From contig NC_043005.1 in the NCBI RefSeq assembly GCF_006345805.1, positions 23,064,001 through 23,128,000 of the forward strand: DNA of 64,000 nucleotides, in the 5' to 3' direction. This DNA comes from Octopus sinensis. Its lineage: Eukaryota. A model generated the notes under the pieces. It searched no databases and had not been told where the DNA came from. It worked only from the letters and a program-made list of their open reading frames with translations. Made by a program: the position numbers and the translations under genes. This document shows positions 1 through 11,010 of the stretch, in pieces (within the stretch, counting starts at the first letter, position 1; each line of letters begins with the position of its first letter).

Positions 1-485
1 GTTTTATACACCACCTGTTCATGAGACACAAGTTCAAATTTGCTATTAACATTTTGTAGTAGTGGTTCTAAATAGAACATTATATTCTACGTTACCTTTG
101 TCTATTAAACTGCTGAAAGAAAAAGGTACCTACAGATTGTCAGAGAATGTTACCAAAGATAGAATGGTATCCAATCAAGGAATGATCTCATCCTCACTGT
201 AGTTTCTCTGGACCTTAATCTAGATTACACCTGTTCACCTTGTTAATGATAGGAATCCCTAAATTACTTGGGAATATCACCAATAATACACAAGTATTTC
301 TTATCTCTTGTTTGTTTCAGGTCATGAGATAGGAGCCAAACTTCAGCTCACAAAGAGTGCCTTGTAGAAAGTGGGGAGATATCTCAATATTTATAGCATG
401 AAATGTAAAGAAAATCAGACTTGATGAGAGAGACAAAGAAAGAAGAGAGAAAGAGGAACACAAACGTTATCCAAAGAGAACTTAC

Positions 486-558
486 CATGAATCATTTCTA
501 TATAATCAGGAATTTCTGTAGAACACATATACATACTATAAGACGATCTTGCTAATCT
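486..558 (-). CDS. UQCC1: UQCC1 coding exon 4 (gene continues left of the window)
   Basis: Acceptor ttctttttcag|AGA and donor G|GTAAGT. The 73 nt encode RLARSSYSMYMCSTEIPDYIEMIH, which resembles UQCC1/Cbp3 KIKIAALRMYTSCVEKTDFEEFFL (recalled). In frame with exon 3. Confidence 0.85.
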
Positions 559-963
559 CTGAAAAAGAAAAAAAAACAAGAAAATGCTTATATATACACA
601 CACACACACACATAATGAACTCAAGTTGTGACTTCAATTTTTGGACCACACAATGTGGCATGTCTTTGCATAAAGCACATTATTTCAAGTTATCCCAGTC
701 TTCCCCTATGAAAATGAGTGCCAGCTAACTGCTGGTGCAAACCTATTTTCCTCCAGCTATCACATTGTAAATATTCTGTTGGCTCAAGTGTGAGGGAGTG
801 CTAATGTCTGCTTATAACTACATATCCATCTAAAATAATTAAAGAAAGAGTAACACAAGCTACAGCTAAGCTTTTATACATATAGATATATATATATAAT
901 ATATATAGTTGAATTCTGTTGTGTCTGGGGAGAGACATTCTCTTTTAGTGCCTTATTATTTAA

Positions 964-1182
964 CTCTTTAGTATTTAAACCGGCCATATCCGGCCAAAAT
1001 ATTTAATCTGTTTTATGTTCAAACTGACTGGATCCAGGCTCTCACACCTACCCTACAATGTTATTCTACATTAAGTAATTACACCATCAAGATCTTGAAG
1101 ATATGAGATAATGCATGATTAATTCAAATCAATGTGAATCAATAAGCATTATGTTTGATAGAATAATTGGAACACTAAAGGG
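964..1182. mobile_element. TTAA-flanked MITE (piggyBac-like ends)
   Basis: TTAA|CTCTTTAG...CTAAAGGG|TTAA. Same family as 36496-36716. It interrupts an older repeat. Confidence 0.75.
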
Positions 1183-1214
1183 TTAACACACTCACCGGTA
1201 AAATTTCCACTTAT

Positions 1215-1303
1215 TTCTTATTTTTATTTTCTAAAATTTTCGTTGCGTCTTGCATGAAAAGGTTGCAAGATGCAACGAAAATTTTAGAAAATAAAAATAA
1301 GAA
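1215..1303. repeat. 40-bp inverted repeat (1 mismatch) with 9-nt loop
   Basis: Arms 1215-1254 and 1264-1303. Confidence 0.92.
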
Positions 1304-2452
1304 CTCATATAAAGAATCTTGCAAACCAAATCCAAAAACGAAATATATAGTTGAAATTTATAGAAAAACAAAAGACGAAGACAGGTGTATGAACAACAAG
1401 CAAGTGTATTAGTTTGATGCTCAGGAAAAATGAAAAAGTTATTTACATTTCAAACCTATGCTCTTCAACAGAAAGGAATAAGAGAAAATAAACAGAGAGA
1501 GAGAGTGAAAAGAACTTGTAGATTTCAATGGTCCAGCATGAGATATATATATATCGTCATCATCATATATCAAGACATGACAGAGAGAAAGAGCAGTTTA
1601 CAGAGTGCACTAGGTATCTTGTTATCATGTACTTTGCAAGACTAAAGAACCTCCACAGTTATACACTGTTTTCATTCATTTAAAACAACATACCTAAAAG
1701 GGTGAATAGAGGAGAGGGTTACGACAGAAGTTTGATGGCAGGGACAGCATTATTGGAGTGAAAAGATGGTAGCGGAAGGACTATTGGAGGAGAGTAAGAG
1801 GTTAGTAGAGGGAAAAGTAACAGAAGTGACAGTATCTGGGGAAATAACAGAAGGGAGACAAATAACGTCAGGGGTAAATGTAAGACAGTGAAGGCAACTA
1901 CACGTTTGGTTGTAAGAGGGAGAGTGATTGATGAATAGCTATACAGATGGGCAAATAGCAAGAGGAAAGTGGTGGAAGCTAATCATGGGAAAGAGTGAAA
2001 TGATTAACAGACGAATGATGCATCAGATCTGAACAGTTCTGATGAAATCCCATGGTGATGGCTGAACGGAAAACAATAATGATGGAGAGGTAAATAGAGA
2101 AGAGACCCAATGTAATTCCATATTATACAGGTAGTATGATATGGTGCAGAGGAGAAAGTGACTGATAGAGAGACCACGGTTTTAAAATTCTTTTCACCAT
2201 GCTTACAGAGAAGCCTGGGTCTTCATTCCCTTCATCGGTACAGGACAACCACTGGCTAGAGATAGCAGCCACTCACTCTTGCTCACAGTATATACTTTTA
2301 AAGCATCACACCAGTCCCTGATCTTGTAAAGAGAGAAACAACTAGTTTTAAATCTCTGAGCAAGAAGTATGTAGTAACAGTACTGTAGATTACATGTCAG
2401 TAACCAGCTGGAAAAGACGTTTTCCTGGGGTTAAAATGTAGTAACATTATCA

Positions 2453-2779
2453 GGATCTTTTCACTTTGACCGGCAGATTTTTAAAATAATTTCTTTGTAA
2501 CTAAACACTTTTAAACTTTGTATACTGGTAGAATGTGTTACATAAAACATCTTCCTCTCTTGGCTTTCTTGAGAAAATTCTGTAGTTTGTAAGCTATTTC
2601 TTGCATTTTGGCAATTTCAACCAATCAATGACGTCTATTGAGGTGAATACAATTTCTGCAGTTGTTTGTCAATGTGGTGTCATATCAGTTTGTCACTAAT
2701 TTATGAGAAAAAAGATACCCTGTTTTATGTAACACACTACCAGTATACGAAGTTTAAAAGTGTTTAGTTACAAAGAAAT
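2453..2779. mobile_element. Related MITE copy with ~60-bp subterminal inverted repeat, right end lost
   Basis: Begins GGATCTTTTCACTTTGACCGGCAG and shares about 200 bp with 10602-10810. The segment ~2489-2549 recurs inverted at ~2721-2779. Confidence 0.75.
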
Positions 2780-3039
2780 GCTGGCATGGGTTAGATAGCT
2801 TGACTGAATCTGGTAAGCTGGAGAGCTATACCAGGCTCCAGTGTAATTTTGACTCATTTTCTATGGCTACATACCATTCCTAATGCCAACCACTCCTAGA
2901 GTGTAGTGGATGCCTTCTACATAGCACGGGCACTGTCCACAACTACAATTTCACTTGGCTCTGTGTGTGTGTGTGTGAGAAAGAGAGAGAGAGAGAAGAT
3001 GTAGATAAAGATAGGTGCAGAAATGCTAGAGATACTTAC

Positions 3040-3141
3040 ATATTTAGGATATCTCATTTTTGAAGACAAACCAAGTTTCTGCCGTACTTTTAAAAACCAA
3101 CCTGTACTAGCTGACCTTATTTCCTGAGAAACAGAACCTTG
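3040..3141 (-). CDS. UQCC1: UQCC1 coding exon 3
   Basis: Acceptor ttttattttcag|CAA and donor TAT|GTAAGT. The 102 nt encode QGSVSQEIRSASTGWFLKVRQKLGLSSKMRYPKY, which resembles the UQCC1 segment GAFTKIIEAMGFTGPLKYSKW (recalled human sequence). Confidence 0.85.
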
Positions 3142-3779
3142 CTGAAAATAAAAATTGTAGAAGACAAAAATTATTTTTAACACTTCAACACACAGAAGTT
3201 TATACATGCAAATGTGTCTGTATGCGTATGCGATTCTGCAATGTGTATGCATACATAGAACGTATTTAAACCTTTATTCTTCCTACAGCCTTCAACTTCA
3301 TTTACAGCCACACAACACACATTTGAGAACTTCTCCAAAGAAGTAATCTTCCAGAAACTTAAGAATTCACTTCTACTCAGCACAAACAAAATTATTCTAT
3401 TTTGTCAGTTGTTTTCATATTGAAAGGATGAAAGGCAAAGCTGACTCGGCAGGATTTGAACTCAGAACATAAAGTACCAGAAAAAAAACTATAAAGCAGT
3501 TTGTCTGATGCTCTACCAAACTGCTGCCTTAATCTATGATGGTGATGATGATGATGTTTTAAATTTTGAGCACAAAGCCAGCAATTTTGGGGAGAGAGTA
3601 AGTTGATTATATCAACCCTAGTATACAACTAGCACTTATTTTATTAACCCCAAAAGGATGAAAGGCAAAGTAAACCTCAGTGGAATTTGAACTCACAACA
3701 TAGTGTCAGAAGAAATGTCACTAAACATTTCATCCAGCGTACTAACAATTCTGCTTAATAATTATAATTATAATAATAA

Positions 3780-4460
3780 GGAACTTATGATGAAGGTGAG
3801 TGTGAAAGTAATCCAGTTTGCTAAAGGAGTTAAGGAAGAGATGAAAAAACAAGCCCAGAAGAAGAGCAAAGAAGAATGGCTAGAAAAACTGATGCATGGC
3901 TGATACCCATGTAGAGTGAACAAATCAGACGTAGAAAAATGAGACACTCATGTATGGATGAAGAGCTCAGGACAGAAAGATGGTACAAGCATAAACCTGA
4001 AACTGAAACTGTGACCAGAAAAGATGATGTAACAGTACTCTGGGATAAGGTTAATCAACACCGATAAAAAAAATCAAGGCAAGCAGGCCGGACATAATCA
4101 TCAAAGATGGGAAGAATAAAAAATGTTTAGTGATAAATGTGACAGTACCATCAGAGAGAAATGTGTCCATTAAAGAAGTTGAGAAGTTATTTAAGTACAA
4201 AGACCTAGAAATAGAAGTGACCAAGATGTGGGGAATGAAAAGCAGCACAGCACCAGTGGTGATTGAAGCATTAGGGCTAATTAAAAAGGGCCTTGATAAG
4301 CAGCTCAACAAACCCCCTTGCAGTGTTAATGTGGGAGAACTTCAGAAAATAGTGTGCTAGGTTCCGCACACATTTTATGCCATGTACTCTCCATGAGATG
4401 AGAACCTGCTGTGATCCTAGAGTCAAGGGATGACCCGGTTCAGCAGAAGACAATGGACCA
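3780..4460 (+). mobile_element. R4/Dong-clade non-LTR retrotransposon 3' fragment (restriction-like endonuclease)
   Basis: Translates to VLWD..TDKKIKASRPDIII...VTVPSERNVSIKEVEKLFKYKDL..MW..APVVIEALG, typical of R4/Dong endonuclease domains. Frameshifted and flanked by TAA repeats. Confidence 0.75.
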
Positions 4461-4621
4461 TATTTTTTTTTTTTTTTTAAATAATAATAATAATTCTTTC
4501 TACTATAGGCACAAGGCCTGAAAATTGGTGGGAGGGGACTAGTTGATTGCACTGAATCCAGTGCTTCACTGGTACTTAATTTATCAATCCCAAAACAACG
4601 AAAGGCAAAGTCAACCTCAGC

Positions 4622-6250
4622 AGGATGCCCCTGGGAGCTCCTCTATGCTGATGACCTTGCTCTAATTGCTGAGTCACTATCAGAACTAGAGGAGAAGTTT
4701 CAAGTGTTGAAACAAGGATTAGAATCAAAGGGCCTTAGAATCAACCTAGCTAAAACCAAAGTCCTAATATGCAGGAAGGCAGGCAAACCACAAATCCCTT
4801 CAGGTAGATGGCCCTGCTCAATCTGTAGTCGAGGCATAGGTAGAAACTCTAAGATGTACCCAGTGTAAGCTATGGACACATAAGAGGTGCAGTAATATCA
4901 AAGGAAGGCTAACTGGGAAGATAGTTTTTGTATGTGGCAGATGCTCAGGAGCAATAAACAATGAAAATGCGCAGAGACCAACTTCTGCCACATTCCAGGG
5001 AGAAAAACTAGAAGTAGTTGATAGCTTCCGTTCCGTAGGTGACCAAGTCAGTAGCAGAGGTGGGTGCGCTGAAAGTGTAGCTGCTGGAATAAGAATAGCT
5101 TGGGCAAAGTTCAGAGAGCTCTTACCTCTGCTGGCGACAAAGGGCCTCTTGCTCAGAGTAAAAGGTAGACTGTATGACGCATGTGTACGAACGGCCATGC
5201 TACATGGCAGTGAAACATGGGCTGCCGAGGACATGCGTAAGCTCGCAAGGAATGATCTGATGGATGTGGAATGTCAGTGTGCATACTCAACAGAGTGTAA
5301 CTACCTTGAGAGAAATGTTGGACCTAAGAAGCATCAGATGTGGTGTGCAAGAGAGACGACTGCGCTAGTATGGTCATATGGCGAGAATGGAGGAGGATGG
5401 CTGTGTGAAAAAGTGCCACACCCTAGTGGTTGAGGGAACCTGTGGAAGAGGTAGACCCAGGAAAACCTGGGATGAAGTGGTGAAGCACGACCTTCGAACA
5501 TTAGGCCTCACCAAGGAAATGACTAGCAACCGAGACTTTTAGAAATATGCTGTGCTTGAGAAGACCCGGCAAGCCAAATGAAACCATAATCTGTGGCCTA
5601 TGCCAGGAGCGTAACCAGCCTGCTTATGCGTACCTTTTCCTTCTTTGGGAACTAAACTCTGCTTGCGAAGACCTGTTGAGGCAAGTGAAATCAAAATCAA
5701 AATCACATTTGATAACTGGCATCCGTACTAGCGGGGTGCAAAGAGCACCATACGAGTGTGATTATTGACAGAGCGGATAACTGGCTTCCATGCCAGTGGC
5801 ACATAAAAGGCACCATTTGAGTGTGATCGTTACCAGCGTCACCTTACTGGCACTTATGCCCGAGCTAGCAGGATGCCAAGAGCACCATCCGAGCATGATC
5901 ATTGCCAGAGCAGCCAACTGGCTTCCATGCCGGTGGCACATAAAAGGGCACCATTTGAGCATGATCGTTACCAACGTCGCCTTACTGGCACTTGTGCTGG
6001 TGGTATGTGTAAAAAGATTCGAGCGAGGTCATTGCCAGTACCGCCTGACTGGCCCCCGTGCTGGTGGCACGTACAAAGCACCCACTACACTCTCGGAGTG
6101 GTTGGCATTATGAAGGGCATCTATCTGTAGAAACTCCATCAAATCAAGATTGGAGCCTGGTGCAGCCATCTGGTTCGCCAGCCCTCAGTCAAAATCGTCC
6201 AATCCATGCTAGCATGGAAAGCAGACGTTGAACAATGATGATGATGATGA
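4622..6250 (+). mobile_element. RTE-type LINE 3' part with long repeat-containing tail ending in (GAT)n
   Basis: GCPWELLYADDL, KGRLYDACVRTAMLHGSETW and RGRPRKTW motifs. The 3' region has ~65-bp tandem units and a GAT-repeat tail. Confidence 0.85.
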
Positions 6251-6364
6251 ACAGCAACAACAACAAAAAAGAATAATATCAATAATAATAATAATAATAA
6301 TGTTTCTAACATAAAATAATTATTTCTGAAATAATTGTTTTTAACAATAATAGTAATAATATAC

Positions 6365-6475
6365 CTGTAATTCTGTATTTATCAAACAAGAACTCAATCT
6401 GTTTGGTAGAATATGTCTGGCTGTGATAACAGGTAATGCAGATATTTGAGTGGACAGCTGACATGATATAGATTT
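6365..6475 (-). CDS. UQCC1: UQCC1 coding exon 2
   Basis: Polypyrimidine acceptor tttttttctgcag|AAA and donor CAG|GTATAT. Open 111-nt frame KSISCQLSTQISALPVITARHILPNRLSSCLINTELQ, phase 0/0. Confidence 0.75.
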
Positions 6476-6929
6476 CTGCAGAAAAAAATAAACAAATGAA
6501 AATTAGATTTATTTCAAATACAAAATCAATATCAATGGTTAGTTTGTGAGCAAGACCCGGGGTTAAACAACCACAATAACTATAGATATTTACAGAGAAA
6601 AACAAAATTTAGTAATTTTCTTGGTTTTATGATTTCAAAATTTTTTGACTCTTCTCAAATTTATCCCAGGCAAAGCCCAAATGCTATCTATAAGCAAAAT
6701 GTTAGGGAAAGGGAGAGTGGCAATGACACCATAAAACTCTGTGTGTATGTGTGTGTGAATGTAGATTTAAGAAGCTAATAAATGTTGGCAACAAAATAGT
6801 TGATAAAAAAATCTTGATGAAATAAATAAGATGATAGAAAAAGAACTGATAAAAGTATTCATGGCAATAAAAACATGATAAATGGGAGGAAGATAAAGAA
6901 ACTAATAAAATGAAATAAAAGAACTAATA

Positions 6930-7440
6930 AATATAGTAAAAGGAAGAGAATTATCAATATTAGGCAACAACTTGTTAACTTTGAATTTCAAGGGATCATA
7001 TTTGGCAGGAAAACAAGAGGGGGATGGTTTATTCCACAATTTCATTGTTCCAAGAAGAAAATCTTTACTCATGTGACTTGTACCATGTTTCCAAGATACC
7101 CAGGAAGCAAAAATGGGAATTGCAAAATTTAGCAGACTGAATTCTGATGAAAAATTTCCAAAGTAGTGGGCCAGAGAATGAAGCACATCTGAACACCTTC
7201 CCTGTAGGTGTAGAATGGTAGAAAAGAGTCAGACTTGCAACATTGATAGAAAAGTTGGAGTGATGAAAAGAGTTCCTCACCAACTAGACTACATATTCGA
7301 TTTTGTACTCTACCAAGAATGAACAGATGTTTGGAGGGACCTACCCAAATGTGTGAGCAGTTTTGGTTGGATCTAGCTCTTACAAAGATACATATAGAAC
7401 TTTGGGTGTTATGAAATTTATTGAACAGTAGAATAAGTCC
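6930..7440 (-). mobile_element. Decayed CR1/Jockey-group LINE 3' end
   Basis: Fragments VASLTLFY and KLWN..PSCFPAKYD..FKVN resemble CR1-like ORF2 C-termini. Confidence 0.55.
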
Positions 7441-7562
7441 ACTATTCTAGTTGCAATCCTGATCCCTTTTGCTGTTATGGGGAAGTAAACAAATCAACAC
7501 CAGTTGTCAACCAGTGATAAAGAACAAACACCAACACAAAGACACACACAAATATATACATA

Positions 7563-8310
7563 ATATATCATCATTGTTGTTTAACGTCTGCTTTCCATGC
7601 TGGCATGGGTTGGACAGTTTGACTGAGGACTGGTGAGCCCGAAGGCTGCACCAGGCTCCAATCCAATCTGGCAATGTTTCTACAGCTGGATGCCCTTCCT
7701 AACACCAACCACTCCAACAGTGTAGTGGGTGCTTTTTACGTGCCAGTAGCACAAGGACCAGTCAGGCGGTACTGGCATTGACCACGGTTGAATGGTGCTC
7801 TTTACATGCCACCAGCACAGGAGCCAGTCAGGTGGCACTGGCAGTGACCACACTCAAATGGTGCTATTTACATGCCACTGGCACTGACCATACTCGAATG
7901 GTACTTTTTACATGCCACCAGCACAGGAGCCAGTCAGACAGTGCTGGTATCGACCACGCTCGAATGGTGCTTTTTACATGCCACCAACACAGGAGCCAAT
8001 CAGGCAGTACTGTTATCAGTCACAATGATGACTTCACTTGCCTGAACAGGTCTTCGCAAGCGCAGTTTACAGTTCAATGATTGAAGGGTATTCTTAAACG
8101 GGTTGGTTATGCTGCACTGGCATAGGCCAGTTATGGTCTCACTTGGCTTGCTGGGTCTTCTCAAGCACAGCATATCTCCAAAGGTCTCAGTCACTTGTCA
8201 TCGCCTCAGTGAGGCCCAACGTTCGAAGGTCATGCTTCAACACCTCTTCTCAGGTCTTCCTGAGTCTACCTCTTCCGCAGGTTCCCTCTACTGCTAGGGT
8301 GTGATACTTT
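7563..8310 (-). mobile_element. RTE-tail element, inverted relative to 4622-6250
   Basis: Reverse complement of the (GAT)n-tailed family, including several ~65-bp tandem units (7735-8010). Confidence 0.8.
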
Positions 8311-8349
<39 letters not shown>

Positions 8350-10123
8350 AAATCATCAACTAAATCCACTTACAAGGCTTTGGTTACTTGGCCTAGGGTC
8401 ATAATAGAAGACAGAGCCCAAGAGCACATGGTTGGGAAGCAAGTCTCTTAACCACACAGTCATGCCTGCATATATGCCTTTAAAAGATGAGGCAATAAAA
8501 GATATTACAGTTCCAATAAACCCTATCAACAGTTTCCTCAGGTATCCTTATTCCTTGCCAAATCATGAAATGAGGAAGAGGTTAAATGCAGATTTCTTAT
8601 TTGAACAAAAAAGCTCAGAATTTACAATGACGGGAAAAGTAAGACCATGTGATATTCAAGCTTTTCTAAAAAAACCTTTCCAACTCAGATGTAAACAGAA
8701 AATAGAGACCAACGAATCAACGGAGGAACCGTTATATCAAGTATGAGCAATTGATTATATTAGGCCCTTCATGACTTTATAAGTGTAGTAACCATGATTA
8801 TATAAACATTGCAGGAGCTGACACAGTAATGCACCAGCTTAAACAGTCAATCTTCTGAAGAGGTTGGTATAAAAAAAGCCAAACTTGCTATCTTTAATTA
8901 GTTTCCAATGCCTATCCTTACCTTTGGTCATAAATGTTAGGTAACGACTAAGAGTCCAATTGCAAATATAAGCAGGGTCCATAGCTCAGAGACGAGGGAG
9001 TCTTTCCAGGTTGAGCCACTATTCCTCTGCATTGAGAGACCATGGCTCCGGTATGTGGTTAGAATGTTGCAGAAAAGGATCAAAGGAGAGATTCCTCAAG
9101 CTGAGCCAATTGGCAGGAGACCTAGGAGTAGAGCAGGTATGAGATGGTTGGATAATATCCATAGTCTCAGTTGGTCAGCATGGGAATCCAACAAGAAAGT
9201 GTCATGATTGTTGCTTCTGATAGGACCCTCAGGAGAAGTGACTTAGAACGTTCCCTCCGACGACCCTCCCAGAAATAGTGAGCGGCATAAATGGATGGTG
9301 ACACACAACACTACATTAACATTTCGATCAACCTTGAGGTTCGATTCTGTTAATCTGAACAATTTCTCTCTCTCTCTCGTTTACTCACACTTTCTGCCGA
9401 TCAATCTTTTTATTAGCTGCTAACTGTAACTTATGGTGTTGTCTCTACTACATACGTTTTCAGACCTGTTATAAAAGCCGGCCATACTCGTTATATGCTG
9501 TTGTTCTTCTTTCAGATTTCCCTCAAATTACACCGTACCATCTTAAAATGAAGAACATCTTGGATAATGAACGAAGCCCAAGATATGCCCATGTAGCGAA
9601 CTTGGCTCTTTGGAAGGTAGCTTGACCTCTACAACTATGAATTACGAAAGCAAGTCCTCGAATTTGGAGAGAGATAGGAAACTCACACGTTTCTCAAGGT
9701 CATTAGTAACTTTAGACAATAAATATTGGTTGCAACTAGGAATTGAAACCAGTACACATCTTAAATAGAGTCAATATTGCTGTGTGGAGTAAATAAGGAA
9801 AAAAACTTTTCTGAGCTCTCGTCCTTCGTCAGAGAGAGAAAGTGATGTTGTTGCCTTGGATGTGGGATAACAATACTACTTTCTCTTCCATACTCTTTGA
9901 CAAAGAACCGGAAAGGTTAGATTCTTCATTCTTCACGGCAAATGAACTTATCGAACTCTCCTATAGACTAATTACAGCTGAACAGGCTAAACCAGTTTCT
10001 TCCGAGTCTGTATCCACTTAGTGTTATGTAAGTAGTTATAAACATATACCGAAGGTTCGCCAACTAAAATAATAATAATATAAATGAAAGCTGAGTAATT
10101 AAAATGTAATAACAAACACATAC

Positions 10124-10201
10124 GTTACTGACAGCTTCTATTAAGGTGTGGAGGTGACCAAGCCTGCGAGTGAGCGGAGGAACCAAGCGGTAACAAGCCA
10201 T
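10124..10201 (-). CDS. UQCC1: UQCC1 coding exon 1 (start codon; mitochondrial presequence-like)
   Basis: Minus strand reads MACYRLVPPLTRRLGHLHTLIEAVSN (78 nt), then a phase-0 donor AAC|GTATGT. The Arg/Leu-rich, acid-poor N-terminus fits a mitochondrial targeting peptide. CpGs are retained locally and the phase matches the next exon. Confidence 0.8.
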
Positions 10202-10369
10202 GGAATTGTAAACTTCAACAATTTGACCTCAAAACAAGCACATGTGTTGGTCGCTTGGGTACATCACAATAAATAACATTACGAAGGCCCCTTCTAACGT
10301 TGTGCAAGTGCTGAATGCGTGCCCGAGTATATTTTCAGCTTCACCACTTTATATATATATATATATATA

Positions 10370-10457
10370 CTTTATTTAAAGCAGCAGAAAATTCAACAAA
10401 ACCTGTTGAAACTCAGAGTAACAGGTTTTGTTGAATTTTCTGCTGCTTTAAATAAAG
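10370..10457. repeat. Perfect 38-bp inverted repeat with 12-nt loop
   Basis: Arms 10370-10407 and 10420-10457 are exact reverse complements. Flanked by (TA)n tracts. Confidence 0.95.
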
Positions 10458-10601
10458 CATATTACTCTACCACTGGTATTTGAGCACTCTTTTTTCCACC
10501 TTGTTTCACATTTATGTGTTTACTCCGGTATATATATATATATATATATGAGTGTTTGTTAAAGTCTCTATGTTTCTGTGTGTACTGATTTATCGTTGTT
10601 T

Positions 10602-11010
10602 GGATCTTTTCGGTTTGAACGGCAGTTTTTTTTTAATAATTTCCACGTAACTAAACACTTTTAAACTTCGTATACTGGTAGAATGTGTTTATAAAACATC
10701 TTTTTCTCTTGGCTTTATTGAGAAAATTCTATAGTCTGTAAGATATTTGTTGTTGTTTTTTCTGCAATTTCAACCAATCAATGACGTCTATTGAGGTGAA
10801 AACATTCTGTGCCGTATGAATATATCCCTCGTTTAAGAAACAGATTGGGTTTATTTACATTTCTGAAGAATAAAGATACCCTTCCCCCCACCCCTAACCC
10901 TAACCCTAAAATAGATTGAAATGCAATAGATCGATACTAGGGTCATAATTATGGGTGACAATTTCATATGACACCGCTAGAAAAAACTGCCGTTCAAACC
11001 GAAAAGATCC
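10602..11010. mobile_element. MITE with ~29-bp TIRs and 8-bp TSD
   Basis: TIRs GGATCTTTTCGGTTTGAACGGCAGTTTTT / AAAAACTGCCGTTCAAACCGAAAAGATCC. CGTTGTTT is duplicated on both sides (10594-10601 and 11011-11018). Confidence 0.9.

Noticed and set aside
3177-3389. 70-aa ORF next to UQCC1 exon 3
   Set aside because: TTG start, no convincing splice sites, and exons 2 and 3 already join in frame.
7735-8010. Repeat-spacer-like array resembling CRISPR
   Set aside because: The units are whole tandem repeats inside a retroposon tail, with no unique spacers and no cas genes, in a eukaryotic context.
8432-8746. 104-aa plus-strand ORF in UQCC1 intron 1
   Set aside because: It starts inside a SINE and has no recognisable domain or splice support.
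10892-10909. (CCCTAA)3 as a chromosome end or fusion scar
   Set aside because: Only three units, lying inside a TIR/TSD-bounded MITE.
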